Origin: Methanofastidiosum sp.
GTDB taxonomy: Archaea; Methanobacteriota_B; Thermococci; Methanofastidiosales; Methanofastidiosaceae
DNA: 64,000 nucleotides
Direction: 5' to 3'
Assembly: GCA_041678455.1 (NCBI GenBank)
Contig: JBAYOH010000002.1
Location: 4,482 to 68,481, forward strand
The notes beneath the pieces were generated by a model that was given only the letters and a program-made list of their open reading frames with translations, was not told the DNA's origin and ran no database searches. Numbering within the stretch: position 1 is the first letter of the stretch; every line of letters begins with the position of its first letter. This document shows, piece after piece, positions 1 through 8,983 of this stretch. The position numbers were made by a program, and so were the translations under genes.

Positions 1-583
1 TCTAAAATTTTTGAATAACGCGCGTGAGAAACTAAAAAATCTTCCTTCGATAAATCCTGATTTATACACGGTAGTCATAGCAGGATTTCCAAATGTAGGT
101 AAATCTTCACTACTAAAAGCTTTAACTAACTCTGAACCTGAAATTAATTCTTATCCATTTACAACAAAAGGGATTAATGTTTCATCATTTACCTATAATA
201 AAAGAAAGATCCAAGTTGTAGATACGCCTGGGCTATTAGATAGAGAGCTTAGTTATAGAAATCCAATTGAATTACAGGCCATATCTGCATTGAAGTATCT
301 TGCAAAATTAATTTTATTTGTCTTTGATCCAACTGAATCATGTGGATACACTATGGAAGATCAGATGAATCTATATAATGAAATATCTAAGAGTTTTGTA
401 GGGGTTCCATTTATAAAAGTTTTAAATAAAATAGATTTAAAAGATTGGGGTTTTAAAGACGACATGGGGGGCATAAAAATATCAGCTCATGAAGGGTCAA
501 ATATAGATGCCTTGAAAAAAAATATTGAAGATATACTTTTCAAGTATTTTGAAGAAGAGGTGGACTACTTTGAAAAAGATTGA
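1..583 (+). CDS. Nog1/Obg-like GTP-binding protein, C-terminal part. The gene is truncated at the window start.
   Basis: G1 motif GFPNVGKSS, G3 DTPGLLDR and G4 NKIDL are present. The reading frame is open to base 1, so the 5' end lies outside the window. Confidence 0.7.
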   Translation, partial: LKFLNNAREKLKNLPSINPDLYTVVIAGFPNVGKSSLLKALTNSEPEINSYPFTTKGINVSSFTYNKRKIQVVDTPGLLDRELSYRNPIELQAISALKYLAKLILFVFDPTESCGYTMEDQMNLYNEISKSFVGVPFIKVLNKIDLKDWGFKDDMGGIKISAHEGSNIDALKKNIEDILFKYFEEEVDYFEKD

Positions 584-1058
584 TTCTGAATCTAAAGGGA
601 TATCCGGTTTTTTAAGAACTTTTAAGCAAATTGTTGAAGACATTGATAAAGAAAAAGAAATTAAAAAAATAGTATTTGCTGGAAATAAGTTTACTTGCAC
701 CCCTTTTGTTGAGCTTTTAACATATGTGATTAGATCAATGAACAAAGAGATTATTTATTTTCCTGCAATTAACTTAGATGAACCCTATAAGGTAATTTTG
801 TCAAGTGTTGACTGTGATTTTGTTAGAGGAGGAGACCCTTACAATCCTGAATTAGTGGTAATAATGGGGGGGCTTGCTATGCCAGGTGGCCCTGAAATTC
901 CTTCTGTTGAAAAGTTTTTAGAAAAAATTGGAAACAAAGATAAAAAAATAATTGGTGTTTGCTTCATGAGCATTTTTGAAAAGTCAGGATGGTGCAATGT
1001 AATACCATTTGACCATATGATTGATATCTTTATGGACAGTTCAATATTCAGGAGATAA
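525..1058 (+). CDS. Conserved hypothetical protein of 177 aa. The start is uncertain and may be the TTG at about 570.
   Basis: Long ORF between the GTPase and ycaO. It overlaps the GTPase 3' end. I recognise no motif. Confidence 0.35.
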   Translation: MKIYFSSILKKRWTTLKKIDSESKGISGFLRTFKQIVEDIDKEKEIKKIVFAGNKFTCTPFVELLTYVIRSMNKEIIYFPAINLDEPYKVILSSVDCDFVRGGDPYNPELVVIMGGLAMPGGPEIPSVEKFLEKIGNKDKKIIGVCFMSIFEKSGWCNVIPFDHMIDIFMDSSIFRR

Positions 1059-1059
1059 A

Positions 1060-2313
1060 ATGAAACTCAAAAGCTGTAAAAAACTATACATGAAGGATAC
1101 TCACAGAGCTATCCCTCCAGAAGAAACGCTTGAAATAGTCAAAGATAAGCTTGAGATATGTGGGATCACAAGAGTTGCAGATATAACTGATCTAGATAGA
1201 CTTGGGATTCCTGTTTTCTCCGCTGTAAGGCCTGACGCATCGCAGGGCTCGGTGTCAGTCTATAACGGAAAAGGAGTATCTAAAACTGAGGCAGAAGTAT
1301 CTGCAATAATGGAAGGTATCGAGAGATATTCTTCTGAAGTTAATGAAGAGATGATTTTAGATTCTTCAGAATCAGAATTGAATGGAAAAGTAAATTATTT
1401 ATCACCTTATGAGCTAACGTTGCCCGCCCAAGAAATGTATAATGAATATATACGGATAGGGTGGGTGAAAGGTTATGACCTTGTCAGGAAAGAAGAAATT
1501 TATGTACCGGCAAATTCGGTATTTCATCCATATCCTCTGAAAAGGGATTACCCCCTTTTCAGAACAAACACAAACGGTTTGGCTTCTGGAAATACTTTAG
1601 AAGAAGCTATATTCCATGGGCTATGTGAAGTTATTGAAAGAGATGCATGGTCTCTTGTTGAGATGAAAAGAACTTTCCCCAAGGATCTTGTAATTGAAAT
1701 CAATGATCCTTTGCTTGAAGATTTCCTTAATAGATTTAAAGAAAATGAAGTAGAAATTGTTTTTAAAGATATTACTTCTGACGACATAAAAGTTCCAACC
1801 ATTCTCGCTGCAATTGATGATTTGAGATTAAAGGACCCGACACTTATGGTAATGGGGATGGGAACTCATATCGATCCAAAAGTAGCATTATATCGTGCGA
1901 TAACTGAAGCAGCACAATCAAGATTGACCCAAATCCACGGCGCTAGGGAAGATACACAAAAAGCAGAAATGAAAAGAAGGATAGGCTACGACCGTATCAG
2001 AAAACTAAACTGGTATTACTTAAATAAATTTGGAGTTGAAACAAAGACTTCAGATTTCACTATTAAAGCTTCAGACGATATCCTAGAAGACATTAATACA
2101 TTATTAGATATTTTAACTAAGAATGGAATTAACAGAGTAATCGTTGTTGACCTTACAAAAAGTGAACTTGCAATACCTGTGGTAAGAGTTCTTGTTCCTC
2201 AACTTGAGCAGTATGGTATTGATAACTCAAGAATTGGATCAAGAGGGCGGATGAGAGAAGTTGATAAGAATTATTATCTATTTGGGCCCAAGCCTTCCTC
2301 TAGAAGAGGCTAA
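1060..2313 (+). CDS. ycaO: YcaO-domain protein (methanogenesis marker protein 1-like peptide-backbone thioamidation enzyme)
   Basis: N-terminal region IPPEETLEIVKDKL...GITRVADITDLDRLGIPVFSAVRP and GVSKTEAEVSAIMEGIERYS are typical of TfuA-associated YcaO. A GGAG ribosome-binding site precedes the ATG at 1060. A TfuA gene follows directly. Confidence 0.85.
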   Translation: MKLKSCKKLYMKDTHRAIPPEETLEIVKDKLEICGITRVADITDLDRLGIPVFSAVRPDASQGSVSVYNGKGVSKTEAEVSAIMEGIERYSSEVNEEMILDSSESELNGKVNYLSPYELTLPAQEMYNEYIRIGWVKGYDLVRKEEIYVPANSVFHPYPLKRDYPLFRTNTNGLASGNTLEEAIFHGLCEVIERDAWSLVEMKRTFPKDLVIEINDPLLEDFLNRFKENEVEIVFKDITSDDIKVPTILAAIDDLRLKDPTLMVMGMGTHIDPKVALYRAITEAAQSRLTQIHGAREDTQKAEMKRRIGYDRIRKLNWYYLNKFGVETKTSDFTIKASDDILEDINTLLDILTKNGINRVIVVDLTKSELAIPVVRVLVPQLEQYGIDNSRIGSRGRMREVDKNYYLFGPKPSSRRG

Positions 2314-2920
2314 ATATATTTTTTCTTCAGACAAGAAAAGGGAAATTGTCTACGCCCCCCCAATTAGACGGGGAGATATTCCAAAGGCGATTTCAGAAGG
2401 TTTTGATATAATTGGAATTATTGATGGGGTTTTCTATAGGGAAAGCGCAGTATCGCCTAGAGAGTTAATGGAAGTTCTAAAGAGTGGCGTAAAAATATAT
2501 GGTTCTTCAAGTATGGGTGCTTTACGAGCTTCAGAACTTGATAGGTATGGAATGATAGGAGTTGGAAAAATTTATCAGTGGTATCGGAACGAAATCCTAA
2601 ATTCTGATGATGAAGTTGCATTATCCTTTGATAGTGAAGAATTTATCCCAATATCAGAACCTCTTGTAAATATTAGAGAAACAATAAAAAAAGCCACTAA
2701 CGAAAACATAATAAGTCCAGAAGAATCAGAAATACTCTTCAAATCAGCAAAAAGTTTGTATTTCCCAGAAAGACGATGGGATAAGATAATTAAAAACTCA
2801 GAAAAAATCCTAGGTAATAAACTTTCTAATTTTTCACTATTTGTTAAAAACAACAGAGTTGACATAAAGAAAGAAGATGCCATCCTTCTTCTAAAAAAGA
2901 TAGATGAAGATTCGAAATAG
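2261..2920 (+). CDS. tfuA: TfuA-like protein, the partner of YcaO
   Basis: N-terminus IIIYLGPSLP...IVYAPPIRRGDI...GIIDGVF is characteristic of the TfuA family. It overlaps the 3' end of ycaO. Confidence 0.8.
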   Translation: MIRIIIYLGPSLPLEEAKYIFSSDKKREIVYAPPIRRGDIPKAISEGFDIIGIIDGVFYRESAVSPRELMEVLKSGVKIYGSSSMGALRASELDRYGMIGVGKIYQWYRNEILNSDDEVALSFDSEEFIPISEPLVNIRETIKKATNENIISPEESEILFKSAKSLYFPERRWDKIIKNSEKILGNKLSNFSLFVKNNRVDIKKEDAILLLKKIDEDSK

Positions 2921-2948
2921 TTATAAGTTTCTATCTTAAAGATTTATC

Positions 2949-4211
2949 ATGAGAAGCAATAAAAATCTCTTTGACGAATCTAAAAAATATCTTTGTGGAG
3001 GGGTTAATAGCCCTGTTCGAGCCATGAAACCTTACCCTTTTTTTACCGAAAGAGCCAAGGGACCAATGTTATTGGATGTTGAAGGTAATAGTTACATAGA
3101 TTATTGCTTAGGTTACGGCCCAATGATGTTGGGGCATAAAAATCCAGAAATCATTGATGCTGTAAAACATCAACTTGAAAAAGGAACTGATTATGGAACA
3201 CCAACTGAAGATGAGATTACTTTTGCAAAGAGATTATCCCAAATTGTGCCCAATGTAGAAAAGGTTAGGTGTGTTAGCACTGGTACTGAAGCGACAATGA
3301 GTGCTATACGGCTTGCCAGAGGTATAACTCAACGGGATAAGATAGTAAAATTCGATGGGGGTTTTCACGGCGCCCATGATGTAGTTTTGGTAAAGGCAGG
3401 ATCTGGAGTAATGACAACAGCTAGTTCCGGTTCAATTGGTATACCTAAAGATTCTATAAAGAATACTATTTCTGTGCAATTTAACAACATCGAGGCTTTA
3501 TCATCTATAGTTGAGAAAGGCGATGTTGCAGCAATCATAATAGAGCCGATAATTGCAAACGCAGGCTGCATTCTACCTGAAAAAGGGTATCTAAAGGAAG
3601 TAAAAAGGACTGCAAAACAGAACGGAACTTTATTAATTATGGATGAAGTTATCACAGGATTTAGAGTTGCCCTTGGTGGGGCTCAGGAATATTTCAAAGT
3701 AAATGGTGACATTATAACTATGGGGAAAATTATTGGCGGAGGCTTCCCACTTGCAGCGTTTGGCGGAAAGAAGAAGATAATGAATGAAGTATCCCCAGAA
3801 GGCCATGTATATAATGCAGGCACATTCAATGGAAATCCAGTTTCTATTGCTGCAGGATTAAAGACCTTGGACATCTTAGAAAGGAAAGAGATTTATCCAA
3901 AAATAAAGAATATGACAGATAAAATTGTAGATGGTATTTATGACATGACTTCAAAGATGAAAACTGCTCTGTACAGTGCACCTGGAATGTTCTGTTTATA
4001 CTTCGGAGTTGAGAAAGTTAAGAATTATCAAGATGCAAAAAAATCCGATACAGAAATGTTTAAGAAATTCCACAAAGAACTATTAAAAAAAGGCGTATTC
4101 TTGCCACCTTCACAATTTGAATGTAACTTCTTGTCAATATATCACGATGACGACATAATAGATAAAACTTTAGAAAGCATGGATTCTGCGCTAAAGACAA
4201 TTAAAAGATGA
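2949..4211 (+). CDS. hemL: Glutamate-1-semialdehyde 2,1-aminomutase
   Basis: Class-III aminotransferase. GGVNSPVRA is the HemL N-terminal signature. The protein is 420 aa. Confidence 0.9.
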   Translation: MRSNKNLFDESKKYLCGGVNSPVRAMKPYPFFTERAKGPMLLDVEGNSYIDYCLGYGPMMLGHKNPEIIDAVKHQLEKGTDYGTPTEDEITFAKRLSQIVPNVEKVRCVSTGTEATMSAIRLARGITQRDKIVKFDGGFHGAHDVVLVKAGSGVMTTASSGSIGIPKDSIKNTISVQFNNIEALSSIVEKGDVAAIIIEPIIANAGCILPEKGYLKEVKRTAKQNGTLLIMDEVITGFRVALGGAQEYFKVNGDIITMGKIIGGGFPLAAFGGKKKIMNEVSPEGHVYNAGTFNGNPVSIAAGLKTLDILERKEIYPKIKNMTDKIVDGIYDMTSKMKTALYSAPGMFCLYFGVEKVKNYQDAKKSDTEMFKKFHKELLKKGVFLPPSQFECNFLSIYHDDDIIDKTLESMDSALKTIKR

Positions 4212-4218
4212 GGATAAA

Positions 4219-5115
4219 ATGAAACTTATTTGCGGTACTAGAGGCTCAAAGCTAGCTTTGACTCAAACTGATGAAGCGATTAATGATTTGTGTAAAAATA
4301 GTGAAATTGAAGTTGAAAAAAAAATAATAAAAACTAAAGGAGATCATGTTCTTGACCTTCCATTGCACAAGATCGGAGGTAAAGGTCTATTCATCAAAGA
4401 AATAGATGATGCCCTTATTAACAATCAAATTGATTTTGCCATTCATTCCTTAAAGGACTATCCAACAGATATCCTACCAGAACTTGAAATTTGTGCCATC
4501 ACAAAAAGAAGGCCTCCTTATGACGCCATAATAAGTCTTGAAGAATCGATAGAAGATCTGCCAGAAGAAGCCTCAGTTGGTACATCCTCTTTAAGGAGAA
4601 AGTCTGAAATATCAAGAATCCGGCCAGATCTAGACCTTAAAGACATACGGGGAAATTTAGATACAAGAATAAGAAAATTAAAGGGGGGCCTCTATGATGC
4701 AATTATTGTTGCAGAAGCTGGATTTTCAAGGGTATATGGGGATATAAAAAAAATTGAAGATTACAAATTTTCTCGAATAAGTCCAGATATTATTATTCCA
4801 GCTCCGGGGCAAGGTGCTTTAGCCATTGTATGCAGAAAAGATGATTCGAAAATAAAAGAAATATTGAAAACTATTGATGACGAGAGAACAAGAATAGAAA
4901 CGATGTGTGAAAGACAGTTCATGATTGATGTTGGAGGAGGATGTAATCTTCCTGTGGGGGCCCTTTCTTTCATAAATGGAAATAGAATAGAACTCAAAGC
5001 ATTTGTAGGGGATTTAGAATGTACTAAATCTGTAAGGGGAGAAATAAAAGGGAAGAAGCAAGACTATATAAGTATAGCTAAAGAGCTTGCTAAGAGAGTA
5101 AATATTAGAGAGTGA
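4219..5115 (+). CDS. hemC: Porphobilinogen deaminase (hydroxymethylbilane synthase)
   Basis: N-terminus GTRGSKLALTQT. Length and domain order are typical of HemC. Confidence 0.9.
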   Translation: MKLICGTRGSKLALTQTDEAINDLCKNSEIEVEKKIIKTKGDHVLDLPLHKIGGKGLFIKEIDDALINNQIDFAIHSLKDYPTDILPELEICAITKRRPPYDAIISLEESIEDLPEEASVGTSSLRRKSEISRIRPDLDLKDIRGNLDTRIRKLKGGLYDAIIVAEAGFSRVYGDIKKIEDYKFSRISPDIIIPAPGQGALAIVCRKDDSKIKEILKTIDDERTRIETMCERQFMIDVGGGCNLPVGALSFINGNRIELKAFVGDLECTKSVRGEIKGKKQDYISIAKELAKRVNIRE

Positions 5116-5119
5116 TCTT

Positions 5120-6535
5120 TTGGTTGTATATATAGTAGGGGCTGGGCCAGGCGATCCGAAGTTAATCACGGTAAAAGCGCTTGAAATGATAAAAAAAGCC
5201 GATGTTATCCTATATGATAAACTTGTAAGTAAGGATTTACTTGCATACTCCAAGAAAGAATGCATAAAAATCTACGTTGGAAAAAAATCAGAAGGATCCA
5301 GCCAATTTCAAGAAGATATTAATAAAGAACTAGGCAACTATGGAGAAAAATACAATGTTGTTGTTAGACTAAAAGGTGGAGATCCATATATATTTGGGAG
5401 AGGCGCTGAGGAAGCGATGTACCTCTACGAACGAGGTATACCTTTTGAAGTAATCCCAGGTATTTCATCAACTATATCATGCCCCATGTATTCAGGCATC
5501 CCTCTCTCGTATAGAGAATCAAATTCAGCGTTTGCTTTTTTAACTGGCCACGAAGCTGAAGATAAGTCATTTAGCATAAATTGGGACAAACTTCCAGACA
5601 CACTAGTAATTGTAATGGGCATAAACAACAGAGCTGCTATAGCTCAAAATCTAATTAAAGTGGGATTCGATCCAAAAACGCCAGTGGCAATAATTAAAAA
5701 TGGAACTACCTTACTCCAAGAGACAACAGTATGTGACCTCAGTACTTTGGGAGAAATCCCTGCCGAGCCACCTTCTGTGATATTTGTGGGCAAAAATGTG
5801 TTGTTTAGAGATAAACTTGACTTCTTTGAAAAGAAATTATCCCTCATAAAAGGAAAAGAAATATTCATTTCCAGAGAAAATGGTGAAGAATTAGAAATTA
5901 TGAAAAGAATTGGCGCACTTGTCTTTGCATACTCCCTTATCAACATAATTAATATTGACTTTAAGGTTCCCAAGTTATCGGATTATGATGTCATTGTCCT
6001 TACAAGCGCAACAGGTGTTGATAGGCTCAAAGATATTGAACTACCAAAGGATAAAGAGTACTACACAATAGGGCCAAAAACTGAAGAGAAGTTAATTGAA
6101 AGGGGCATATACTCAAGGATACCGGAGAGATACAATTCAAAGGAACTAGCAAAATTTATGATATCAGAATTGAAGGAAAGAAAAAAGATCTTGACTTTGA
6201 GATCGCAAGAAGCTCCCGATTACTTAGAAGAACGATTAAAGGAATTTCATGACGTTACAAGGGTTGATATCTATAAAGTTAAAATGAAGGATAGTATACC
6301 AGAAAAAAAGAATTTTGATATAGCATTCGTTTCAAGCTCTTCGAATGCTACAGCCTTTAAGAAGAAAGGATTAAAGGCGGAAATTATTGTCTCGATCGGA
6401 CCGGAAACTAGTAACGCCCTCATCAAAAATGGGATTAATCCCACAATCGAAGCGGACAATCATACCCTCTTAGGCATGCTTGAGGCCTTATTGGATTATC
6501 TAATCAGATGTGATTATTTTGACAAAAATAGATGA
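5120..6535 (+). CDS. cobA-hemD: Uroporphyrinogen-III C-methyltransferase fused to uroporphyrinogen-III synthase
   Basis: N-terminal SAM methyltransferase motif VGAGPGDPKLITVKAL and a C-terminal HemD-like half of about 230 aa. The start codon is TTG. Confidence 0.8.
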   Translation: MVVYIVGAGPGDPKLITVKALEMIKKADVILYDKLVSKDLLAYSKKECIKIYVGKKSEGSSQFQEDINKELGNYGEKYNVVVRLKGGDPYIFGRGAEEAMYLYERGIPFEVIPGISSTISCPMYSGIPLSYRESNSAFAFLTGHEAEDKSFSINWDKLPDTLVIVMGINNRAAIAQNLIKVGFDPKTPVAIIKNGTTLLQETTVCDLSTLGEIPAEPPSVIFVGKNVLFRDKLDFFEKKLSLIKGKEIFISRENGEELEIMKRIGALVFAYSLINIINIDFKVPKLSDYDVIVLTSATGVDRLKDIELPKDKEYYTIGPKTEEKLIERGIYSRIPERYNSKELAKFMISELKERKKILTLRSQEAPDYLEERLKEFHDVTRVDIYKVKMKDSIPEKKNFDIAFVSSSSNATAFKKKGLKAEIIVSIGPETSNALIKNGINPTIEADNHTLLGMLEALLDYLIRCDYFDKNR

Positions 6536-7031
6536 TCCTAAAAATATAGGGATAGTTGCAGTATTTTCTGCACTTGCATTCGTCGCTACTAGATTTGTCC
6601 AGATCCCGATACTCCAAACAGGAGGATACCTTAACTTTGGCGAAACCGTAATCTATGTTGCTGCTATCTTCTTTGGATCTACTGTTGGGGGCCTCGTCGG
6701 TGCTATCGGACCAACTCTTGCGGACGTTACATCCCCATATGCCGCCTTTGCACCTTTTACATTTGCCATAAAAGGTATTGAAGGATTTATAGTAGGCAAA
6801 ATAGCATCTAGCGATAAGAATAAAGTTACTAAAGTCTTGGGAGTAGTGGCTGGTGGGGGTATAATGGTTATTGGGTATTTTATAGTTGAGATATTAATAT
6901 TTTTGATACCGCCCCCAGTTGCACTTATAGAGGTGCCATTTAATGTGCTCCAGTTCATAGTCGGTGGATCAATCGCCATAATTATAACTGAGAGACTCAA
7001 AAAAAGTATAGATAGGATAATGTACAGATAG
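6510..7031 (+). CDS. Small polytopic membrane protein, possibly an ECF-transporter S-component
   Basis: 173 aa with five or six hydrophobic helices. This size and topology is typical of ECF S components. The substrate is unknown. Confidence 0.45.
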   Translation: MIILTKIDDPKNIGIVAVFSALAFVATRFVQIPILQTGGYLNFGETVIYVAAIFFGSTVGGLVGAIGPTLADVTSPYAAFAPFTFAIKGIEGFIVGKIASSDKNKVTKVLGVVAGGGIMVIGYFIVEILIFLIPPPVALIEVPFNVLQFIVGGSIAIIITERLKKSIDRIMYR

Positions 7032-7032
7032 T

Positions 7033-7599
7033 ATGAAAGACAAATCTAAGTATCTTAAAGATTTAAAGAAAGTAATTGAAGAAGGCGAAGTAGACTTTAG
7101 GATAATAGATACGCTAAACATTCTAAATTCTAAAGAATCTTACTACACTACTTCAAGTTGTGCTGGCAGAATAATCCTTATTGAAATTGGAGAGATAGGC
7201 GGTAAGAAAGAATCTAACTTTATCTTTAAGAGTCATGAAAAGGTGGATTATAAAGATATCTGGGGGCATATAAATCGATATAGTGGAAGTAAAATGCTTT
7301 TTTTAATAGCCAACTCATCCATAATTCATGTTGTTTGCAGAAATCTAGAATCTGCCAAGAAATTAATCTATATTTCGAAGGAGTCCGGATTCAAATACTC
7401 ATCAATTTTCTCTTTGGGAGAAAAGATAATTGTCGAGATAAGATCAACAGAAAAAATGGATGTTCCAGTTGTTAAAAACGGTAAGATTTATCCTAGTGAA
7501 GAATACGTAATGATTTTAGTTGAAATAGGAAATCAATTACTCGATAGGATCAGAAAGAAGATAGAAAAGCTTAATGAAAATTTAAGAAATATAGAATAG
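7033..7599 (+). CDS. tyw3: tRNA wybutosine-synthesis protein Tyw3 (tRNA-yW N4-methyltransferase)
   Basis: The motif TSSCAGRI matches the TYW3 S(S)CxGR signature. Length is about 190 aa. Confidence 0.7.
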   Translation: MKDKSKYLKDLKKVIEEGEVDFRIIDTLNILNSKESYYTTSSCAGRIILIEIGEIGGKKESNFIFKSHEKVDYKDIWGHINRYSGSKMLFLIANSSIIHVVCRNLESAKKLIYISKESGFKYSSIFSLGEKIIVEIRSTEKMDVPVVKNGKIYPSEEYVMILVEIGNQLLDRIRKKIEKLNENLRNIE

Positions 7600-7614
7600 A
7601 AAATAATAAAATAT

Positions 7615-7926
7615 TTATTTTTTATTTGTCTTTTTCTTTAGAGGTATATCAAAGTTCATGTCTTTAAGTGTGTCTGTTTTCACAATGGCTTTTACTTTTT
7701 CAAGCCCAGAGGTTAGTGATTCATCAATCTTCAGTCTGTAGACAATAATCCCAAGCTGTTCATAACTTTTAACAATGTCTTCATTGTATACTGGAATATC
7801 AATTTTAATAGGTTCGTCTGTTGGGTTCCCAACAATTATATCCCTATAGCCTAGTTTCGCAACGTTTTCTACGATATAGCCGCCCATGTTCTGAACGTCT
7901 TTTGGAAAAAGTATAAATTTAGCCAT
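7615..7926 (-). CDS. Hydrogenase-operon small subunit of 103 aa (EhbP/Q-like, unknown function)
   Basis: Last gene of the hydrogenase operon. It is soluble and I recognise no motif. Confidence 0.4.
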   Translation of the reverse strand: MAKFILFPKDVQNMGGYIVENVAKLGYRDIIVGNPTDEPIKIDIPVYNEDIVKSYEQLGIIVYRLKIDESLTSGLEKVKAIVKTDTLKDMNFDIPLKKKTNKK

Positions 7927-7927
7927 T

Positions 7928-8983
7928 TTACACTACCCCCATTACTAAAGATACTACCATTGCAAGAAATCCAAGTGCTGTGAATCCCATTGACACTGGA
8001 TAGACTTGCTTGAATGTAAATATAGGTGAAAATGCAGACACTATCGAGAATATTATTGGCATTATCAAGCAAAGTAAGCAATGTACTACTAGTAGAGGTA
8101 AGTTAAGTGTTGGTGGAAGTCCTATAAACAATGTTATGAAAACACTTGAGAGAGCAAATAGTATTGATTCCCTCATTAAGTAGTATCCACCCCTAGCCCA
8201 TGATGCATATTCCAATGATGGCCCTTCAATTACATCGGATTTAGCTTTCTCAATACTGAATGGATATTCGTTTAGTAACATAATATAACCTATGAAGTAA
8301 ACAAATCCAGCTATCAATCCAGGAAATGTAAACAAAATTGGTTTAAGACTCAAGATTTTTTCAAGATACATTAAATCGATTATTCCTCCTGGGAAAATAA
8401 ATGAACTATTAAATCCTTGGAAGTGTACTATATCTGAGAAATAAATTGATTTAGCTAAAATTACAGGAACAAACATTGCAATGTAGAGGGGAAATGACCC
8501 AACAGTAATCATCTTAAATGCCCTTAATACGCTTTGTTGTTCAAAGAATCGCCTATATTCTCCCTTCATTACTGCTCCTTTTATTTGATCCGCATAAGGC
8601 ATTGAAACAGAGAGAATAGATCTTGAAAAGCTACCCATAGCCATAAACAAGAACTCAATTACTTTTAATAAACCAACTACAGCGACAACTGTTCCTAGTG
8701 CATTTACAGCCCACCATTCTGGGGTTGTGAATAGGACAGCGAAGAACATTACAAACACTCCAATTATGGGTAGACTGTGGAATAGTCTTGGCATTGGTGA
8801 ATTTGGTTTAATCTTTTCTTTGTAGAAAAACTTAAGGATTGCCCAGAACCCAGGCGTAAGTATAGGTGGACCTATTCTCTGCTGTATTCTAGCTTGGACT
8901 TTTCTCTCAAGTCCGGGGATTAGAAAGCCCGTAATTAATGCTGCCAATGGAATAAGTATCGTTGCAAGTATAAGTTCAATCAT
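7928..8983 (-). CDS. Energy-converting hydrogenase integral membrane subunit (NuoH/EchB/EhbO-like)
   Basis: 351-aa polytopic membrane protein immediately downstream of the [NiFe] large subunit. Confidence 0.7.
   Translation of the reverse strand: MIELILATILIPLAALITGFLIPGLERKVQARIQQRIGPPILTPGFWAILKFFYKEKIKPNSPMPRLFHSLPIIGVFVMFFAVLFTTPEWWAVNALGTVVAVVGLLKVIEFLFMAMGSFSRSILSVSMPYADQIKGAVMKGEYRRFFEQQSVLRAFKMITVGSFPLYIAMFVPVILAKSIYFSDIVHFQGFNSSFIFPGGIIDLMYLEKILSLKPILFTFPGLIAGFVYFIGYIMLLNEYPFSIEKAKSDVIEGPSLEYASWARGGYYLMRESILFALSSVFITLFIGLPPTLNLPLLVVHCLLCLIMPIIFSIVSAFSPIFTFKQVYPVSMGFTALGFLAMVVSLVMGVV

Noticed and set aside
497-745. Numerous 60 to 130 aa ORFs on the strand opposite to long conserved genes. 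Examples are 497..745, 1548..1802, 3365..3655, 9820..10056, 11323..11739, 14286..14645, 28521..29600 and 32558..33246.
   Set aside because: They lie entirely inside well-supported genes on the other strand. They have low-complexity or Cys/His-rich translations that mirror the codon bias of the real gene. They have no start context. They are shadow ORFs.
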